Origin: Mobula hypostoma
Taxonomy: Eukaryota
Reading direction: 5' to 3'
DNA length: 64,000 nucleotides
Assembly: GCF_963921235.1 (NCBI RefSeq)
Contig: NC_086097.1
Span: forward strand, 77,192,001-77,256,000
Shown: positions 48,247 through 62,330 of the stretch, in pieces
How positions within the stretch are numbered: the first letter of the stretch is position 1
How the letters are laid out: every line of letters starts with the position of its first letter
Position numbers and translations under genes: made by a program
The notes under the pieces: model-generated
Seen by the model: the letters and a program-made list of their open reading frames with translations, nothing else
Told to the model about the DNA's origin: nothing
The model's database searches: none

Positions 48247-50550
48247 TCATTGAGCTTATTGATTGGATAATAGTGTTGAATGCAGAGCTATAGTCAATGA
48301 AAAGCACCCTGATGTATGCACCTTCATTGTCCTGATGTGCCAGGGTTGAGTGAAGAGCTTATGGGTTGTAAATTTAGTTGGCTCCATCTTGTATACTAGC
48401 CTACAAAGTACCCAGGACATCTTCAAGGAGTGGTGTCTCAGAAAGACAGTGTCCATTATTAACGACCTCCAGCACCCAGGGCATGTCCTTTTCTTACTGT
48501 TACCATCAGGTAGGAGGGCTGAAGGCACACACTCAGCAATTCAGGAACAGCTTCTTCCCCTCTGTCATGTGATTCCTAAATGGACATTAAACCCTTGGAC
48601 ACTACCTCACTTTAATATATATTATCTGTTTTTTGCAGGATTTTAAAAATTTACAGTAATTGACTATTTATAATTATTTTACTTGTTTTCTTTCTTCTAT
48701 ATGTTGCATTGAACTGCTGCGCTAAGTTAACAAATTTCACGACATATACCAGTGATAATAAACCTGATTCTGATTCTAATGAAATGGCATTTGCTGTGAC
48801 CTGTTGTGATGGTAGGCAAATTGGAGTGGATCTAAGTCGTTCCTCAGGCAGGTGTAGATTTGCTTCATCACCAATGTGTCAGAGCCACAGAAAAGTACAG
48901 CACAGAAACAGGCCTTTCAACCCATCTAGTCCATGCAGAACCATTTAAACTGCCCACTGTTATTGATCTTCACCGGTACCATAGCCCTCCATACCCCTAC
49001 CATACGTATATCTATCCAAACTTCTCTTAAACGCTGAAATAGTTTAAGCAAAGCATTTCATCACAGTGGACGTAAGTGCTACTGGACGATAGTCAGTGAG
49101 GCAGGTTCATGTTCTCCTTGGGCCTGCTTGAAGCAGATGGGTACCACAGACTGCCCAAGTGAGAGGTTAAAAATATCAGTGAACACTCCAGCTAGTTGTT
49201 TAGCACATGGCAAGGTACCCCATCTGGGCCAAATGCTTTCTGTGGGTTTACTCTCCTGAAGGATGATCTCACAGTGGCTTCAGAGACTGAAATCACAAGG
49301 TTGTTGGGGGCTAATACAGTTCATGAAGGTGCCTCCATGTTTTGTCCGTCAAAGCAGGCATAAAAAGGCAATGAGCTCATCTGGGAGCAAAACCTTGTTG
49401 TCATATATGTCACTGTTTTACATTTACAGGAGGTGATAGCATTCAATCCCTGCCACAGCTTACAACTATCCTTCTGTGATTCGTTTGATCAGGAATTATC
49501 ACTTCGCACGTTAGATGGCTTTCTGGAGGTTGTACCGGGACCTCGTATTTTATTTGGTCACCAGACCTGAACACCACTGATCAGGCCTTCAGCATATAAC
49601 AGATCTCTTAGCTCAGGCAGGTTTCTGGTTGGGGAAGACGCTGAATGATTTTGTGGGGACATAGTTGTCCATGACTGACTATAAAGTCCTTGACAACCAT
49701 TGCACATTTATTTAGATCTTCTGATGAGACCTTGAACATGGCCCAGTCCACTAACTCGAAGCAATCCTGTACCTGTTCCTCTGCCTCCCTCAACCTCCTC
49801 TGTTGATCTTAGCTCTGGAACTTTGCTCTTTAGCTTCTGCCTGTATGCAGGTAGGACAGGCAGATGAACAGATATCCCAAAATGCATTGCAGCTATGGAA
49901 CAGGAGGCATTCTTAATTCTTATTAATAGTGTCGAATGTATTGGGACGCCTGGTGCTACATTTTGTTGATAATTGGGCAGAGATTTCTTCCAGCAAGCCT
50001 GATTGAAGTCCCTGGCAATGATTTGAAAGGCACTGGGGTAGGCTGTTTCTTATTTGCCTATCGTAGCATTCAACACAGAGTGCTTGCTTAACATCAGCCT
50101 TTGGTGGTATTTGAACTGTGGTGAGGATCACAGAAGAACTCACACGGTAAGTGGAATGGACGGCATCTTGTCATTAGATGTTCCAGGTCGCAAGAACAAG
50201 ACTGCTACATCCAAGAACCACAAAGAGTTTACCATGAAACATAGAACTCCCCACTTCTTGTACTTTAGGCTCATATTCTAATGAAGATTCTCAGTTTTGA
50301 AGTTTTCAAATAACCTAGCTTCAACAGGCATAGAAAGAAAGTTTCAAGTTTTCATCATTATTGTCTTTGTGTAAATTACTCCACCTATAATTTCTGAAGT
50401 TTTTGACTTTTGGGTTGCAAATTGGCATCAAAATAAACAATTTTGATCCACTCTAATGAATCAATTAAATAATTTTAACCCTTCATAAATCTCCACAATA
50501 CAATTATCAGACGCGTTCATGATTTTATTCTTGAATTATTCTGGCAAATA

Positions 50551-51066
50551 CACCCAGTGGTCACTTTATAAGATACACTTGCTCATTAATGCAAATATCT
50601 AATCAGCCTAGTCATATGGCAGCAACTCAATGCATGAAAGCATGCTAACATGGTCAAGAGACACACTTGTTCAGACCAAACAACAGAATAGTGAAGAGGC
50701 TTTGACTGAGGTGGTTTGAGCATCTCAGAAACTGCTAATCTCCTGAGATCTTCACATAAGACAATCTCTAGAATGTATAGAGAATGGTGTAAAAAAACAA
50801 AAGTACATCCAGCAAGCGGCAGTTCTGTGGGTGAAAACACCTTGTTAATTAGAGTGATCAGCAGACAATGGCCAGACTGGTTCAAGCTGACAGGAAGGTG
50901 ACAACAACTTAAATAAGCACATGTTAAACAGTGGCGAACAGCAGAGCATCTCTGAACGCACATGTTGAACCCTGAAGTAGATAGGCTACAGCAGCAGAAC
51001 ATGAACATAAACCCATTGTCCACTTTATTATCTATAGGAGATACCCAATAAAGTGGCCACTGAGTG
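50551..51066 (+). mobile_element. Non-autonomous Tc1-like DNA transposon
   Basis: TA|CACCCAGTGGTCACTTTATA ... AATAAAGTGGCCACTGAGTG|TA; remnant GLSISETANLLRSSHKTISRMYREW (Tc1 HTH). Confidence 0.9.
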
Positions 51067-52639
51067 TATATGCTGTACATGTTGGCATTTTAAGGACAGA
51101 AATGACGTGTTTAGATTTGAATTCCATATTTTTAAATTTAGTCCCACAAAGAATTGTTTGCCTCTAAAATAACTCCTCTCTTCTTACTTGAACCCATTTC
51201 ATAAAGCTAAAAATCCATTCGCCTCTCAATAATTTTTGTATTTCTCTCTTAGCCTTAAGTGATGTCTATGGACTTGTAAATTTCTCAGATTCTTTTCAGG
51301 TCTTTATTTTTACAATTCTGACAACATCCTCATTCAGCTTATCAAGCTCTGAGTCTTTGGACTAAGATTGAACTCCTTCAGCTATTTTTTAACCATTAAT
51401 ATATCACTGTTCCTTTCCAAATGTCTGACTCATTCTTCATTACTTGATCTACAACCCAAATCAGTGAATTCCATCTTTCACATCAGTAATAAATATAGTA
51501 ACGGAAGCCCCAGTTCAGAGGACTGCAGGCCAACATTAATCTCAGTCATCAAACTGTATAGACATTATGTATTTCTTACCTCCAAGTTAAAAAGTCATCA
51601 GTAATTCCATTCTTGTTAGTATTTGCAATTAGAAGCTTCCAATGCATTCTGGAACTTCATAATTAGCACCCATAATTTCTCATCGAAATTATGTTATTAG
51701 AAACTTTAAAATACACAACTTAATTAGTTGTACAAGTCCTTTCTAGTTTACTAATGCCCAACTTATGTCTTGCGTTGGAAGGAGCGCAACAGGATTCATC
51801 CTTTAAATCAAACTTTAAATCTACTTAGTTTTGATTTGTCTAACTATTTCATTGTGTTGCAGGTTGTAGTAACTAGTTCCAAGGGTCTATCATCATCAGC
51901 TTCTTCCTCTTCTATCCTTCTGAACAATACAAGTATTTGCCAACTTTACAGCCTAAAGAAAATTTTGAGATCAAGAGTCATTCCAAGATCGTTAACTAAA
52001 GCATTTAGTTTTCTTTTTGTCTGCTGAATATAATATATAATTTGTTTAACCTCACTTCTAATTCACTTTTCATATCTCATATGGTGCTATTTTATCAAAA
52101 TGCATCTAAATCAGTTCACTAAAGAAACAATGCTATAAATATTATCATTCAAATGCACCTGTTATAGATATTTTGTCACAGTTGCAAGGAAAATGTTAAA
52201 GATTATGCTTCAATCAGAAATGAAGAAGTGATTAAAGATGATGACAAATATGATTGAGGCACCATACACTGCTAGTCCATACACATAGACAAGCAATTTA
52301 TGGTTCTCACTTGTAATCTCTACAGACTGGGAGCCCATTATTGCCTGTAAAGTGGTTAGTACAACATCTGAAGCAACTGAAGATCTGGACATCATATTAC
52401 CTGGAAGTTACAGCACAAGGACCGAAGAAAAACAATGATAAAACTCAATGTAGAATGAAGAACCTGTAGGTTACATCATAGCACTGGCTGCAGAAGAAAC
52501 TGGTGAGAAAGCAAGCTTGGTGTACTGCACATACTGACCATATTGGAAAAAGGAAAATCATAACCATTGATCAAATGAGTTTTCTCACAATACAGTATGT
52601 GTAATATCATGCAGTCTTTTAAATATACATTTTCCTCAC

Positions 52640-52759
52640 CTTTTTCATAGTCTCATCGCAATCAGAATGCATTCTTTTACCAAGTTGCTTATCTTCAATA
52701 AGTTCATCCTCCACGGCAAATAACACACCTTGCCTGACATTTTGAGTTCTAGATGCCAT
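52640..52759 (-). CDS. KATNBL1: KATNBL1 first coding exon (MASRTQNVRQGVLFAVEDELIEDKQLGKRMHSDCDETMKK); exon starts at 52773 with 14 nt of UTR
   Basis: cctag acceptor at 52774, ATG at 52759, donor AAG|gtgag, phase 0. Resembles human MASETHNVKK...NMKE. The spliced CDS totals 933 nt (310 aa) with consistent phases. Confidence 0.88.
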
Positions 52760-53799
52760 AATCACTTGCAATCCTAGGTTGGAAACACATGAGAATATTT
52801 AATATATACTCATCCCTTCAGCTGATTCCCAGAAAACTCAACGAATGTTTCTTATGAGCAATGCAATTCTTGATTTGCTTCTCTGTGTGGTCCTTGATCC
52901 TGGGATATTCAGCTTTCTTACAAATGGCACAACACTACTGAGTTGGTCCTTTTGGCTTAATATTATCATTCATTAGAAGTGCCTACTATTTATAAACTCA
53001 AATCTTCTTAAGGCGTATTAAGTGTCACAGAAATAAAAAAAAAAGAAACAGCTGGTATTAGCTTCAGCCAGATGAGCAAAGATAGATCAGCAAGCGCAGA
53101 AGTAAGCAGGGTTAAGATCCCCTGCTTAGCTGTAGGTACAGTTGGTGAACGTTGGGCCAGGGATTTGCAACAAGGTAATTTAAGTTAAGGCATAATATTC
53201 TAATGGAATGAATGACTATACACTCAGGGATAAATGGGATGCTGATGATACCCAACCAGACATCTTCTAAATGCCCGCAAACCAGTTATACCAACCAGAT
53301 TCCATTCCATTCTGATATGAAGCTCATATGCTCCACTCCCTTCAGTCCTCACTAGCCATTAACATCAGAATATTTAAAACATATTAAAGGAAAAAACATG
53401 CTAACTGTTCCAAAATATATACCTTAAACATGGGTTTGAAAGAACAAATAACTGTCCCTCAATTCAGTGCCATCAGATACATCAAAAATTAAGCATCATC
53501 ATCTGGGGTTTTCTCCCTAATTAACCTCATTTTATTCTTTGGAGAAAATTAAGGCAGCAAGAAATATTAGATCTATTTTTTTTTGCTCAGATCAACTTTA
53601 CCACCAGGCTCATCATCTGGCAACCTATTTTCTTTTACATGCCTATCAATTTCACCACGGTGGTGTTGCTGATGATTCTTCCATTGTAGTAATGCCTTGC
53701 TCATATGAATACATACACAGACATGGAATGACAATTTTGGAAGATCAATTAAATAATTAACATTCACAAGAACTCAGCTAAGTGTGGGGGAAAAAGACA

Positions 53800-54232
53800 A
53801 AATATTGTGCAGATACTAGAAATCTGGAGAAACACATACAAAATGCTGGAAGAGTTCATCAATGGAAGGAGATGAATAATTGGATGTTTGGGCCAAATCC
53901 TTTCATCAGGACTGGAAAAGGGCATAAAAGCCAAAACAAAAGGGTGGGGGGGGGGTGGGGAGGAGCACAAGCTGACAGGTGAAAGAAGCAAAGGAATGAA
54001 CAAGATAAAAGCTGATAGGAGGGGACAGTAACCGTTGCACTAAAAGGAAGGAGGTGGCGAACAAGAGGGTGGAAGGTGTGGGTGATGGAAAGGTCTTGAG
54101 AGTGAGGGGGTTGAAAGAGAAAGTGTGAAAAGGCCTGAGATACAAGGGAAAACAAAGAGAGCAGTAGTTACTGGAAGTTAAAGAAATCAATGTCGTACTG
54201 CAGGTTGGAGACTACCAAGATGAATATGAGGT
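53800..54232 (-). mobile_element. Degenerate Penelope-like terminal fragment
   Basis: Decayed hammerhead AGTCCTGATGAAAGGATTTGGCCCAAAC on the minus strand (about 53885-53913) and a pyrimidine-rich UTR. Confidence 0.7.
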
Positions 54233-54587
54233 GAGACGATAAGTTGGGTAATGAGGTTGATCTCAGCAACAAAAAAACTCAATGGGCTAAGTTACCTTCA
54301 TCTGCATTCTCAGAAAATATGAGATTTGATCCACTGTTTAGTTCTGAGCATTAATAACTGTAATATTTCTTTCCTCGTATATGGACTACTTTCCTATCAG
54401 ATTCAATCTTCATCTGCTCTTCACTCTTTTACCAATTACCTTCCTGTTTCTCACACCATTTACACTTCCCCTCCCTCCTCCACCTACCCATCTTTCCCTC
54501 TCAACTGGATCTGCCAGCCAGCCTGTTCTCCTACCCAACCCCTCACCGTTTTATTCTGGTTTCTGCCTTTGTTCTTCCTAGTCTTAA

Positions 54588-55873
54588 TAGAAACATAGAA
54601 AATAGGTGCAGGAGTAGGCCATTCGGCCCTTCGAGCCTGCACCGCCATTTATTATGATCATGGCTGATCATCCAACTCAGAACCCAGCCTTCCCTCCATA
54701 CCCCCTGACCCCTGTAGCCACAAGGGCCATATCTAACTTCCTTTTAAACATAGCTAATGAACTGGCCTCAACAGTTTGCTGTGGCAGAGAATTCCACAGA
54801 TTCACCACTCTCTGTGTGAAGAAGTTTTTCCTAATCTCGGTCCTAAAAGGCTTTCCCTCTATCCTCAAACTGTGACCCCTCGTTCTGGACCTCCCCAACA
54901 TCGGGAACAATCTTCCCGCATCTAGCCTGTCCAATCCCTTTAGGATCTTATACGTTTCAATCAGATCCCCCCTCAATCTTCTAAATTCCAACGAGTACAA
55001 GCCCAGTTCATCCAGTCTTTCTTCATATGAAAGACCTGAAAGACCTGCCATCCCAGGAATCAATCTGGTGAACCTTCTTTGTACTCCCTCTATGGCAAAG
55101 ATGTCTTTCCTCAGATTAGGGGACCAAAACTGCACACAATACTCCAGGTGTGGTCTCACCAAGGCCTTGTACAACTGCAGTAGTACCTCCCTGCTCCTGT
55201 ACTCGAATCCTCTTGCTATAAATGCCAGCATACCGTTCGCCTTTTTCACCGCCTGCTGTACCTGCATGCCCACTTTCAATGACTGGTGTATAATGACACC
55301 CAGGTCTCGTTGCACCTCCCCTTTTCCTAATCGGCCACCATTCAGATAATAATCTGTTTTCCTATTTTTGCCACCAAAGTGGATAACTTCACATTTATCC
55401 ACATTAAATTGCATCTGCCATGAGTTTGCCCACTCACCCAACCTATCCAAGTCACCCTGCATCCTCTTAGCATCCTCCTCACTGCTAACACTGCCACCCA
55501 GCTTCGTGTCATCCGCAAACTTGGAGATGCTGCATTTAATTCCCTCATCCAAGTCATTAATATATATTGTAAACAACTGGGGTCCCAGCACTGAGCCTTG
55601 CGGTACCCCACTAGTCACCGCCTGCCATTCTGAAAAGGTCCCGTTTATTCCCACTCTTTGCTTCCTGTCTGCTAACCAATTCTCCACCCACACCAATACC
55701 TTACCCCCAATACCGTGTGCTTTAAGTTTGCACACTAATCTCCTGTGTGGGACCTTGTCAAAAGCCTTTTGAAAATCCAAATATAGCACATCCACTGGTT
55801 CTCCCCTATCCACTCTACTAGTTACATCCTCAAAAAATTCTATGAGATTCGTCAGACATGATTTTCCTTTCAC
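54588..55873 (-). mobile_element. Young 5'-truncated CR1 LINE with an uninterrupted RT/C-terminal reading frame
   Basis: About 400 codons open (KGKSCLTNLIEFFE..DFQKAFDKVPH..GVPQGSVLGP..KFADDTKLGG..), complete 3' UTR and TTCTATGTTTCTA tail. Confidence 0.97.
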
Positions 55874-56015
55874 TTTAATGAAGGGGCTCAGCCAGAAATG
55901 ACAACTATTCATTTCTCTTCATGACGCTGCTTGACATGCTAAGTTCCTCCAGAATTTTGTGTGTGGAAGTAAAAAGAGGTCACTTTAAAGGGAAAAAAAA
56001 TTATTAAATACTTTT

Positions 56016-57420
56016 ATGGGCAACTATAGGCCAGTTAGCTTAACATTTGTAGTCAGGAAAATGCTTGAAGCTGTCATTAAGGAAGAAACAGCGAAACATT
56101 TAGAAAGGAGTGGTTCCATAAGACAGACGCAGCATGGATTCAGAAAGGGCAGGTCCTGTTTGACAAACTTACTGGAGTTCTTTGAGGACATAATGAGTGC
56201 AGTGGATAGAGGGGAACAGGTGGATGTCATATACTTGGATTTCCAGAAGGCGTTCGATAAGGTGCCACACAAGAGACTTATAAATAAGATATGGATGCAT
56301 GGAGTCAGAGGAAGTGTATCAGCATGGATAGTGGATTGGTTAACCAATAGAAGGCAGAGAGTTGGTATAAATGGGTGTTTCTCTGGTTGGCAGTCTGTGG
56401 TGAGTGGGGTGCTGCAGGGGTAGGGGCTGGGCCCGCAGTTGTTTACCATTTACATTGATGATTTGGAAGAGGGGACTGAGCGTATCCTAGCAATATTTGC
56501 TGATGACACTAAACCGAGTGGAAAAGCAAATTGTACAGATGATGTGGAGAGTCTGCAGAGGGATATAGATAGGTTAAGTGAGTGGGCCAAGGTCTGGCAG
56601 ATGGAATGCAACATTGGTAAATGCGAGATCATGCACTTTGGAAGGAATAATAGAAGAGCAGACTATTATTTAAATGATGAAAGATTGCAGCATGCTGTTC
56701 TGCAGAGGGACTTGGGAGTGCTTGTGCATGAATCGCAAGAGGTTGGCTTGCAGGTACAACAGGTTATTAAGAAGGCAAACAGAATGTTGGCCTTCATTGC
56801 TGAGGGATTGAATTCAAGAGCATGGAGGTTATGCTGCAACCATACAGGGTACTGGCGAGGCTGCATCTGGAGTACTGTGTGCAGTTCTGGTCTCAATGCT
56901 TGAGGAAGGATATACTGGCTTTGGAGGCAGTGCAGAGGAGGTTCACCAGGTTGGTTCCAGGGATGAAGGAGAGATTGAGTTGCCTGGGACTATACTCTCT
57001 GGAGTTCAGAAGAATGACAGGGGATCTTATAGAAACATACAAAATTTTGAAAGGGAGAGGTAAGATAGAAGTAGTTAAGTTGTTTCCATTGATAGGTGAG
57101 ACTAGAACCAGAGGACATTGCCTCAAGATTCAGGGGAGAAGATTTAAGACGGAGATGAGGAGAAACTGTTTTTCCCAGAGAGTGGTGAATCCGTGGAATT
57201 CTCTGCCTGGGGAAGCACTTGAGGCTTCCTCACTAAATATATTTAAGAAACAGTTTGATAGGTTTTTACATAGTAAGGGAATTAAGGGTTATGGGAAAAA
57301 GGCAGGTAGATGGAGCTGAGTTTACGGACAGATCAGCCATGATCTTATTGAACGGCGGGGCAGACTCAATGGGCCGTATGGCCTACTCCTGCTCCTGTTT
57401 CTTATGTTCTTATTCTTATG
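56016..57420 (+). mobile_element. 5'-truncated CR1 LINE (different subfamily), frameshifted
   Basis: NYRPVSLTFVVRK, QHGFRKGRSCLTNL, FADDTK and EYCVQFWS motifs; tail TTCTTATGTTCTTAT. Confidence 0.95.
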
Positions 57421-60400
57421 TAAATAATGCCAGTCAGCTAAATTTACACAATTTTTGACCCCAAGTTGAAGATTCCAATCCCACTCAATTTTCATTCAGC
57501 TGCAATAGCACTACAGGAAGTATGAGAAGACACTCTTTTGTTTGATACAAGAGATCTTATACCACTACTTAAAAAAAAAAATTATCCCCCCCCACCACCC
57601 CATAACCTTCACTAATATTCATCCTTTAACCCAGGATATTTGGACATTAAAACTACGCTGTACTCAAATTGGTTCTATGCTTCCTGCAAAAACAACTACT
57701 ACTTAATTCCAGTTGGGCTCTTTGGGCCATATTCAAAATGCAAAGTGTGCAAATAAATAGCACTTTTTCTTTTTCATTGCCATGGTAAATGGCAGATCTA
57801 TTTAAGCTTAAGCAGACACGACAGTAATCCTGCGATGCTACATAAAGTGTGAAATGTTTTCAAAACTACATAATGGAACCTGAACCCATAAAATTCTGAA
57901 ACTTTTAATGACCTTTTGAATAGCTGACAATTGAACCCGTTTCTGAAGATTGAACAAGTTATCATATTAATCAGTAATGCAAATTTAGAATATACAGTTA
58001 TTCTTCCTTTTTTGTCTAGCATTTTTAGTAATCGAATAAAATGCATAATTACTTCTAATATTTTAAAAAGGCAGAACACAAATAAGGTTAATGTTCATCT
58101 GCCTTCAGATGAAATTCATATTCCACATGTACATGGACAATGCGAAATTGAAGAGAGAATTCCACATTAACTGAATGATTGTCCATCACTTTGCAGCATG
58201 GACTGGAGAAACTAAAAGGCAAGAGGTTAAAAGCACCCAAACAATGCTGCAGGGCGCCCTACTAATAATTATTGAAGCTATGTACAGTCACAAGCAATTA
58301 TGTTTACAGCTCTACTCTCTCTGAAACTTTTCTTTCATCAAGTGACATTGTCTGCTTTTTCACATTATAAATTATTGAACAGTAATCAAAAGCTAAGTAT
58401 TTTATCTGAGATGAAAGGAGGAAATAAATGTCACAAGCAACATACCTCTGAAGATAGAGTTAAAATTAAATTGCTTTTTCTCTTCTCCACTAAGTTGCTT
58501 CTACTCATGACTACCTCGAATAAAAACACAATATGTTGCAAACATTCCGCATATCTGGAAGCATCCATAGAAAGTAAAACTATTGTTTCAGGTCCAGGAT
58601 CCTTCATCGAAACTGCCTTTCTACAGACTGCAGATTTGATGAGTGTTTCCAGAATTTTCTATTTTTATTTCATATTTATAGAATTTACAGTTCTTTTTGA
58701 TTTTCATCAACTAATACATAACTAGACAATCTTCCACTCTCTAAGTTTTGTAAACTTGAGTGGCATCCAGAAGGCTGTTGTAACAAAACATTTACCATCA
58801 TGTTTTTATCTAATGTGCTAGCTAAGCAACACCTTAACAGTGAGAGTCAGCAAAGCCCGGGTAATACGCTTCTTATTCTAGATTTCTAAACCCACCACAA
58901 CTTTGCCTTTCCCAATCTATGCAAACGCCTTCAGCCCTAAACATTGAGGTTTTCACACTTCCTCTAACCCTGATCTAGAAAATCATTACATTCAGGTCTT
59001 CCAGTACTGGTGGCTTCAGGCACCAAGGGCCACTCAGAAATTTTTTTAAAACCATCCCATTTCCGTAACTGTTTCCTGGTGTTTTTATCTTCACTGGAAA
59101 TCAAAGTGTAAAGAGAGCAGGGTGTGAAATGGGATTGAAACCAAAGATTTGATCAGCCTCCCTTATTGAATGAAACACTATGATTGAAGGGCCATAAAGT
59201 TCACTTTGACTGTACATGTCATGTCTGCAGCTTTTAGTGTCCTTATATCTTCATACAGAATAATGTCAAATTCTGCTGATGACAATGCTCCTGTGAAGTA
59301 TGTTTACTTGTTGTCTTACATTAAAAGGGTACCATAGCAAGCTGGTATTGAGACACAGATGACTTCTGAACTCTACTCCCTAACCCCAGCCCAAAATTAA
59401 GGCGAGAGAAAACTCCAGGATGAATGTAACTGTTACATTATGTTCAACTCAATTTATTTAATGGAGATATTTCAGCATTCAGATAGTGACAGAGCACTGC
59501 ACACTTCAAGTTAATGATCCATTAGAACCAGCAATGGAAATCACCCACAATGCTGAAAAATATCAACATTCATCACCTGGAGTTTATGAAATTACATTGT
59601 ATTCTAACTGAATTTATCATTAAAGGTGGTTTTAATTAAATGTGCGAATTTAAAGTTGTCTTATAATACAAACTTTTGTAAGTGATAAGATATTGTTAAA
59701 ATCAAATTAATTCACTGTAGCATAATGTGCATTTATAGTCTCCCTTTGTACGAATGGAAGGACAAATATTGGAATTGGTGCAGTTTAAATATGCAGGTTT
59801 AGTGCAATAATGGTTCACTAAATAGATTTCTGGATGAGGTGTTTATTGCATGAAGAGTGATGAGTGTAGATAAACTGCACTGAATTTTGAAAAATTGAAG
59901 TAGTATATCATTAAGACAAGGTTCTGAGAGAGACTGGACAAAGCAGTCATCACTGGTATTTGAACGCAAACAACAGGACTGGTATTTGGGCAGTTTCAGG
60001 CAAGGGATCAGCTATTTTAAAAAGAAGTCAAATTTTCCTTTGTGCAAAGGGTTCTAAACCTTTGGAAGGCTGTGAACGCAGGGAAATGAAAAAGTCATAG
60101 TACTGCTATAACAATGATAGTACAGGCAGCTCCTTGACACCTATAGCTCATTCATATTTCGAAGTCTTTAGAACTTCAATTCACTATTAACTTACAAATG
60201 CAAAGCCACTTTCAAATACTCAGCTTAGTTTTGTGAAACTTATATGCACATATAGGATGCATACAGTGATTAGCTTTGTAAAGAATAGATTTTTCTATCT
60301 CAGCAGTACCAAATAAATTAACAACTGTCAAATAATGGAATAACTACCCGATAACGCACAATATCTCTATGACAACTTCATTTTTTTCATAAATTCTCTC

Positions 60401-60721
60401 ACGGCCACTCCCATGAAAACAAAATGGATCCAAATGAATGCAGATTCGCCGTTGATAGGGCGGGTCCTTCAATATCATTTGAGATTTGTCTCCAACTTTA
60501 AAAATCAGTAACGTCGTGATGCTTTATAAAGCAGTTGAGGCACGCCAGATGTGGGTATCAAAAACGTTTTATACTGACAATAAGGATTTCTCCCAGTACA
60601 AAGGGTTTAAACAGCTCACCAAAGAAATTCCAATGGAAATTAACCGGCTCATTCCCCACAGCTGAGGTGTCAGTGCGGGGCCTCAGGCTCGGCACCAGCT
60701 ACAAGGAACACGGCCACTCAC

Positions 60722-60950
60722 CCTAACATTTTACAGCATTTCACCGGGGTCTGCCAGTTGCCAGAAACTGGGCCAGGCGTCCTTCAGACCCCGTCGCTCT
60801 TCACTCATCCAACCCTTAATGATGGGCGTCAGTCACCGCCAACCTAACCCTGCGCCATTGAAAAGAACCCAGAGGCTCACGGGATCGCTCTGCTCTTCCA
60901 GCCAGGAGGACCATGGCCCTTGGTGCAAACGACTGACAGCCGGCAGCACG
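60722..60950 (-). other. KATNBL1: Probable non-coding exon 1 of KATNBL1 (5' end uncertain)
   Basis: Strong donor AGG|GTGAGT at 60721-60716 inside a CpG-rich island (about 60400-61050). The ATG exon has a splice acceptor, so an upstream exon is required. Confidence 0.65.
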
Positions 60951-61050
60951 CATGCCCAGAGGCGCGGCCTGGCGATCAATCTTCAGCTCTGTGAGCAATT
61001 CATCTCTCCTGAGAATTATCAAAATGCACACGAAATGCGTCAGCTTTTAG
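60900..61050 (-). promoter_or_regulatory. Probable KATNBL1 CpG-rich promoter
   Basis: GC/CpG enrichment; NRF1-like GCACGCATGCCC at about 60946-60957. Confidence 0.45.
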
Positions 61051-61534
61051 TTCCCTATTGACAGAGGCAAATGTTCAGGATCTGAATTTTCTATAAATGG
61101 AAATCTGAAATTCTGAGACATCGCATAACTGAAACTGTGAGGAGAAATTGCACGGAATAAGTCCTAACTCCTTTGAATATAAAATGAAATGCAAGGGTTT
61201 ATATTAAGAGTTGATTGATGACCTAAAGAAGGGAAGATGGATGTAACCAATCCTCATTAACAGAGTTGCTGTAGAGATGGTGGCAGCTTCAAGTTCCTTT
61301 GCATTTGTATTACACCAGCAGTCTCACTTGATCCCTCCATACTGATGTGGTGATCAGTAAGTGCATCAGTGTAGGCACCTTCTTAGGTTTCTGAGAAGAT
61401 TCAGAATGTCCGCGAGGATTCTCTCAAACATTTCCAGGTGAGCTATAGAAAGTGTCCTGGCTTGGTTCTAGTCTGACAAGACTGTCATGAAGTGTTAAAC
61501 ACTGCCCAGTCCATCACAGGCTCATGAATTCCTT

Positions 61535-62330
61535 CCAACACACCTTCTTAACCACCCTGTAAACTTGATCAGCAACTTTGAAAGATCTATGTACATGGAA
61601 CCCCAGAGCCCTCTGCTCCTCCATACTGCTAAGAATCCTGCAGTAAACCTTGTACATGGTCTTCAAGTTTGACCTTCTAAAGTGCATCACTTCACACATG
61701 TCCTGATTGAACTCCATCTGCCACTTCTCAGCCCAGTCCTGCATCCTGTTAATGTCCCGCTGTAACCTACAACATTCCACATTAACCACAACACCACCAA
61801 CCTTCATGTCATCTGCAACCTTAATAATCCACCCCTCCACTTCTTCATCCAAGTCGTTTATAAAACATCACAATGAGCAGGGGTTCCAGAGCAGATCCTT
61901 GCGGAGCACCACCAGCCATGAACCTCCAGGCAGAATACGCTCCATCTATTACCACCCTTCGCCTACTGTGAACAAGCCGATTTTGAATCTATGTAGCTAG
62001 GCTCCTGACTTTATGAATGAGCATACCACAAGGAACCTTGTCAAATATCTTAGTGAACCACATCCACCGCTCTGCCTTCATTAAGTAGTTTTGGCACTTC
62101 CTCATAAAAGTCAATAAGCATGTGAGATACGACCTGCCCCTCAAAATACCATGCTGACTATCTCTAATCAGACTATGCTTCTACAAATGCTTACAAATCT
62201 TGTTTCTAAGAATTTTCTCCAGTAGCTTGCCCACCACTGATGTAAGATGCACTGGTCTATAATTCCTAGGGTTACTCTTATTACCTTTTTTTAAACAAAG
62301 GAATAACATTTGCCATCCTCCAGTCTTCTG
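61535..62330 (-). mobile_element. CR1 LINE RT fragment
   Basis: DEEVEGWIIKVADDMKVGG..WAEKWQMEFNQDMC and NYRPV-like motifs. Confidence 0.9.

Larger units (their letters stand above)
46565..49900 (-). mobile_element. Composite, fragmented Rex1/Babar LINE with nested insertions (Penelope, hAT MITE, an opposite-strand Rex 3' end at about 48350-48778, a CR1 tail)
   Basis: HHPGNTLFSLLPLRRRCRSL..TTRFRKSY; LQRFGMSSKTLTNFYRCMVENILTGC; QVQDCFELVDWAMFK motifs. Confidence 0.75.

Noticed and set aside
54677..55912. 411-aa ORF as a host gene or a retron-like RT system
   Set aside because: It is a 5'-truncated CR1 ORF2 with a CR1 3' UTR, and the start codon comes from flanking DNA.
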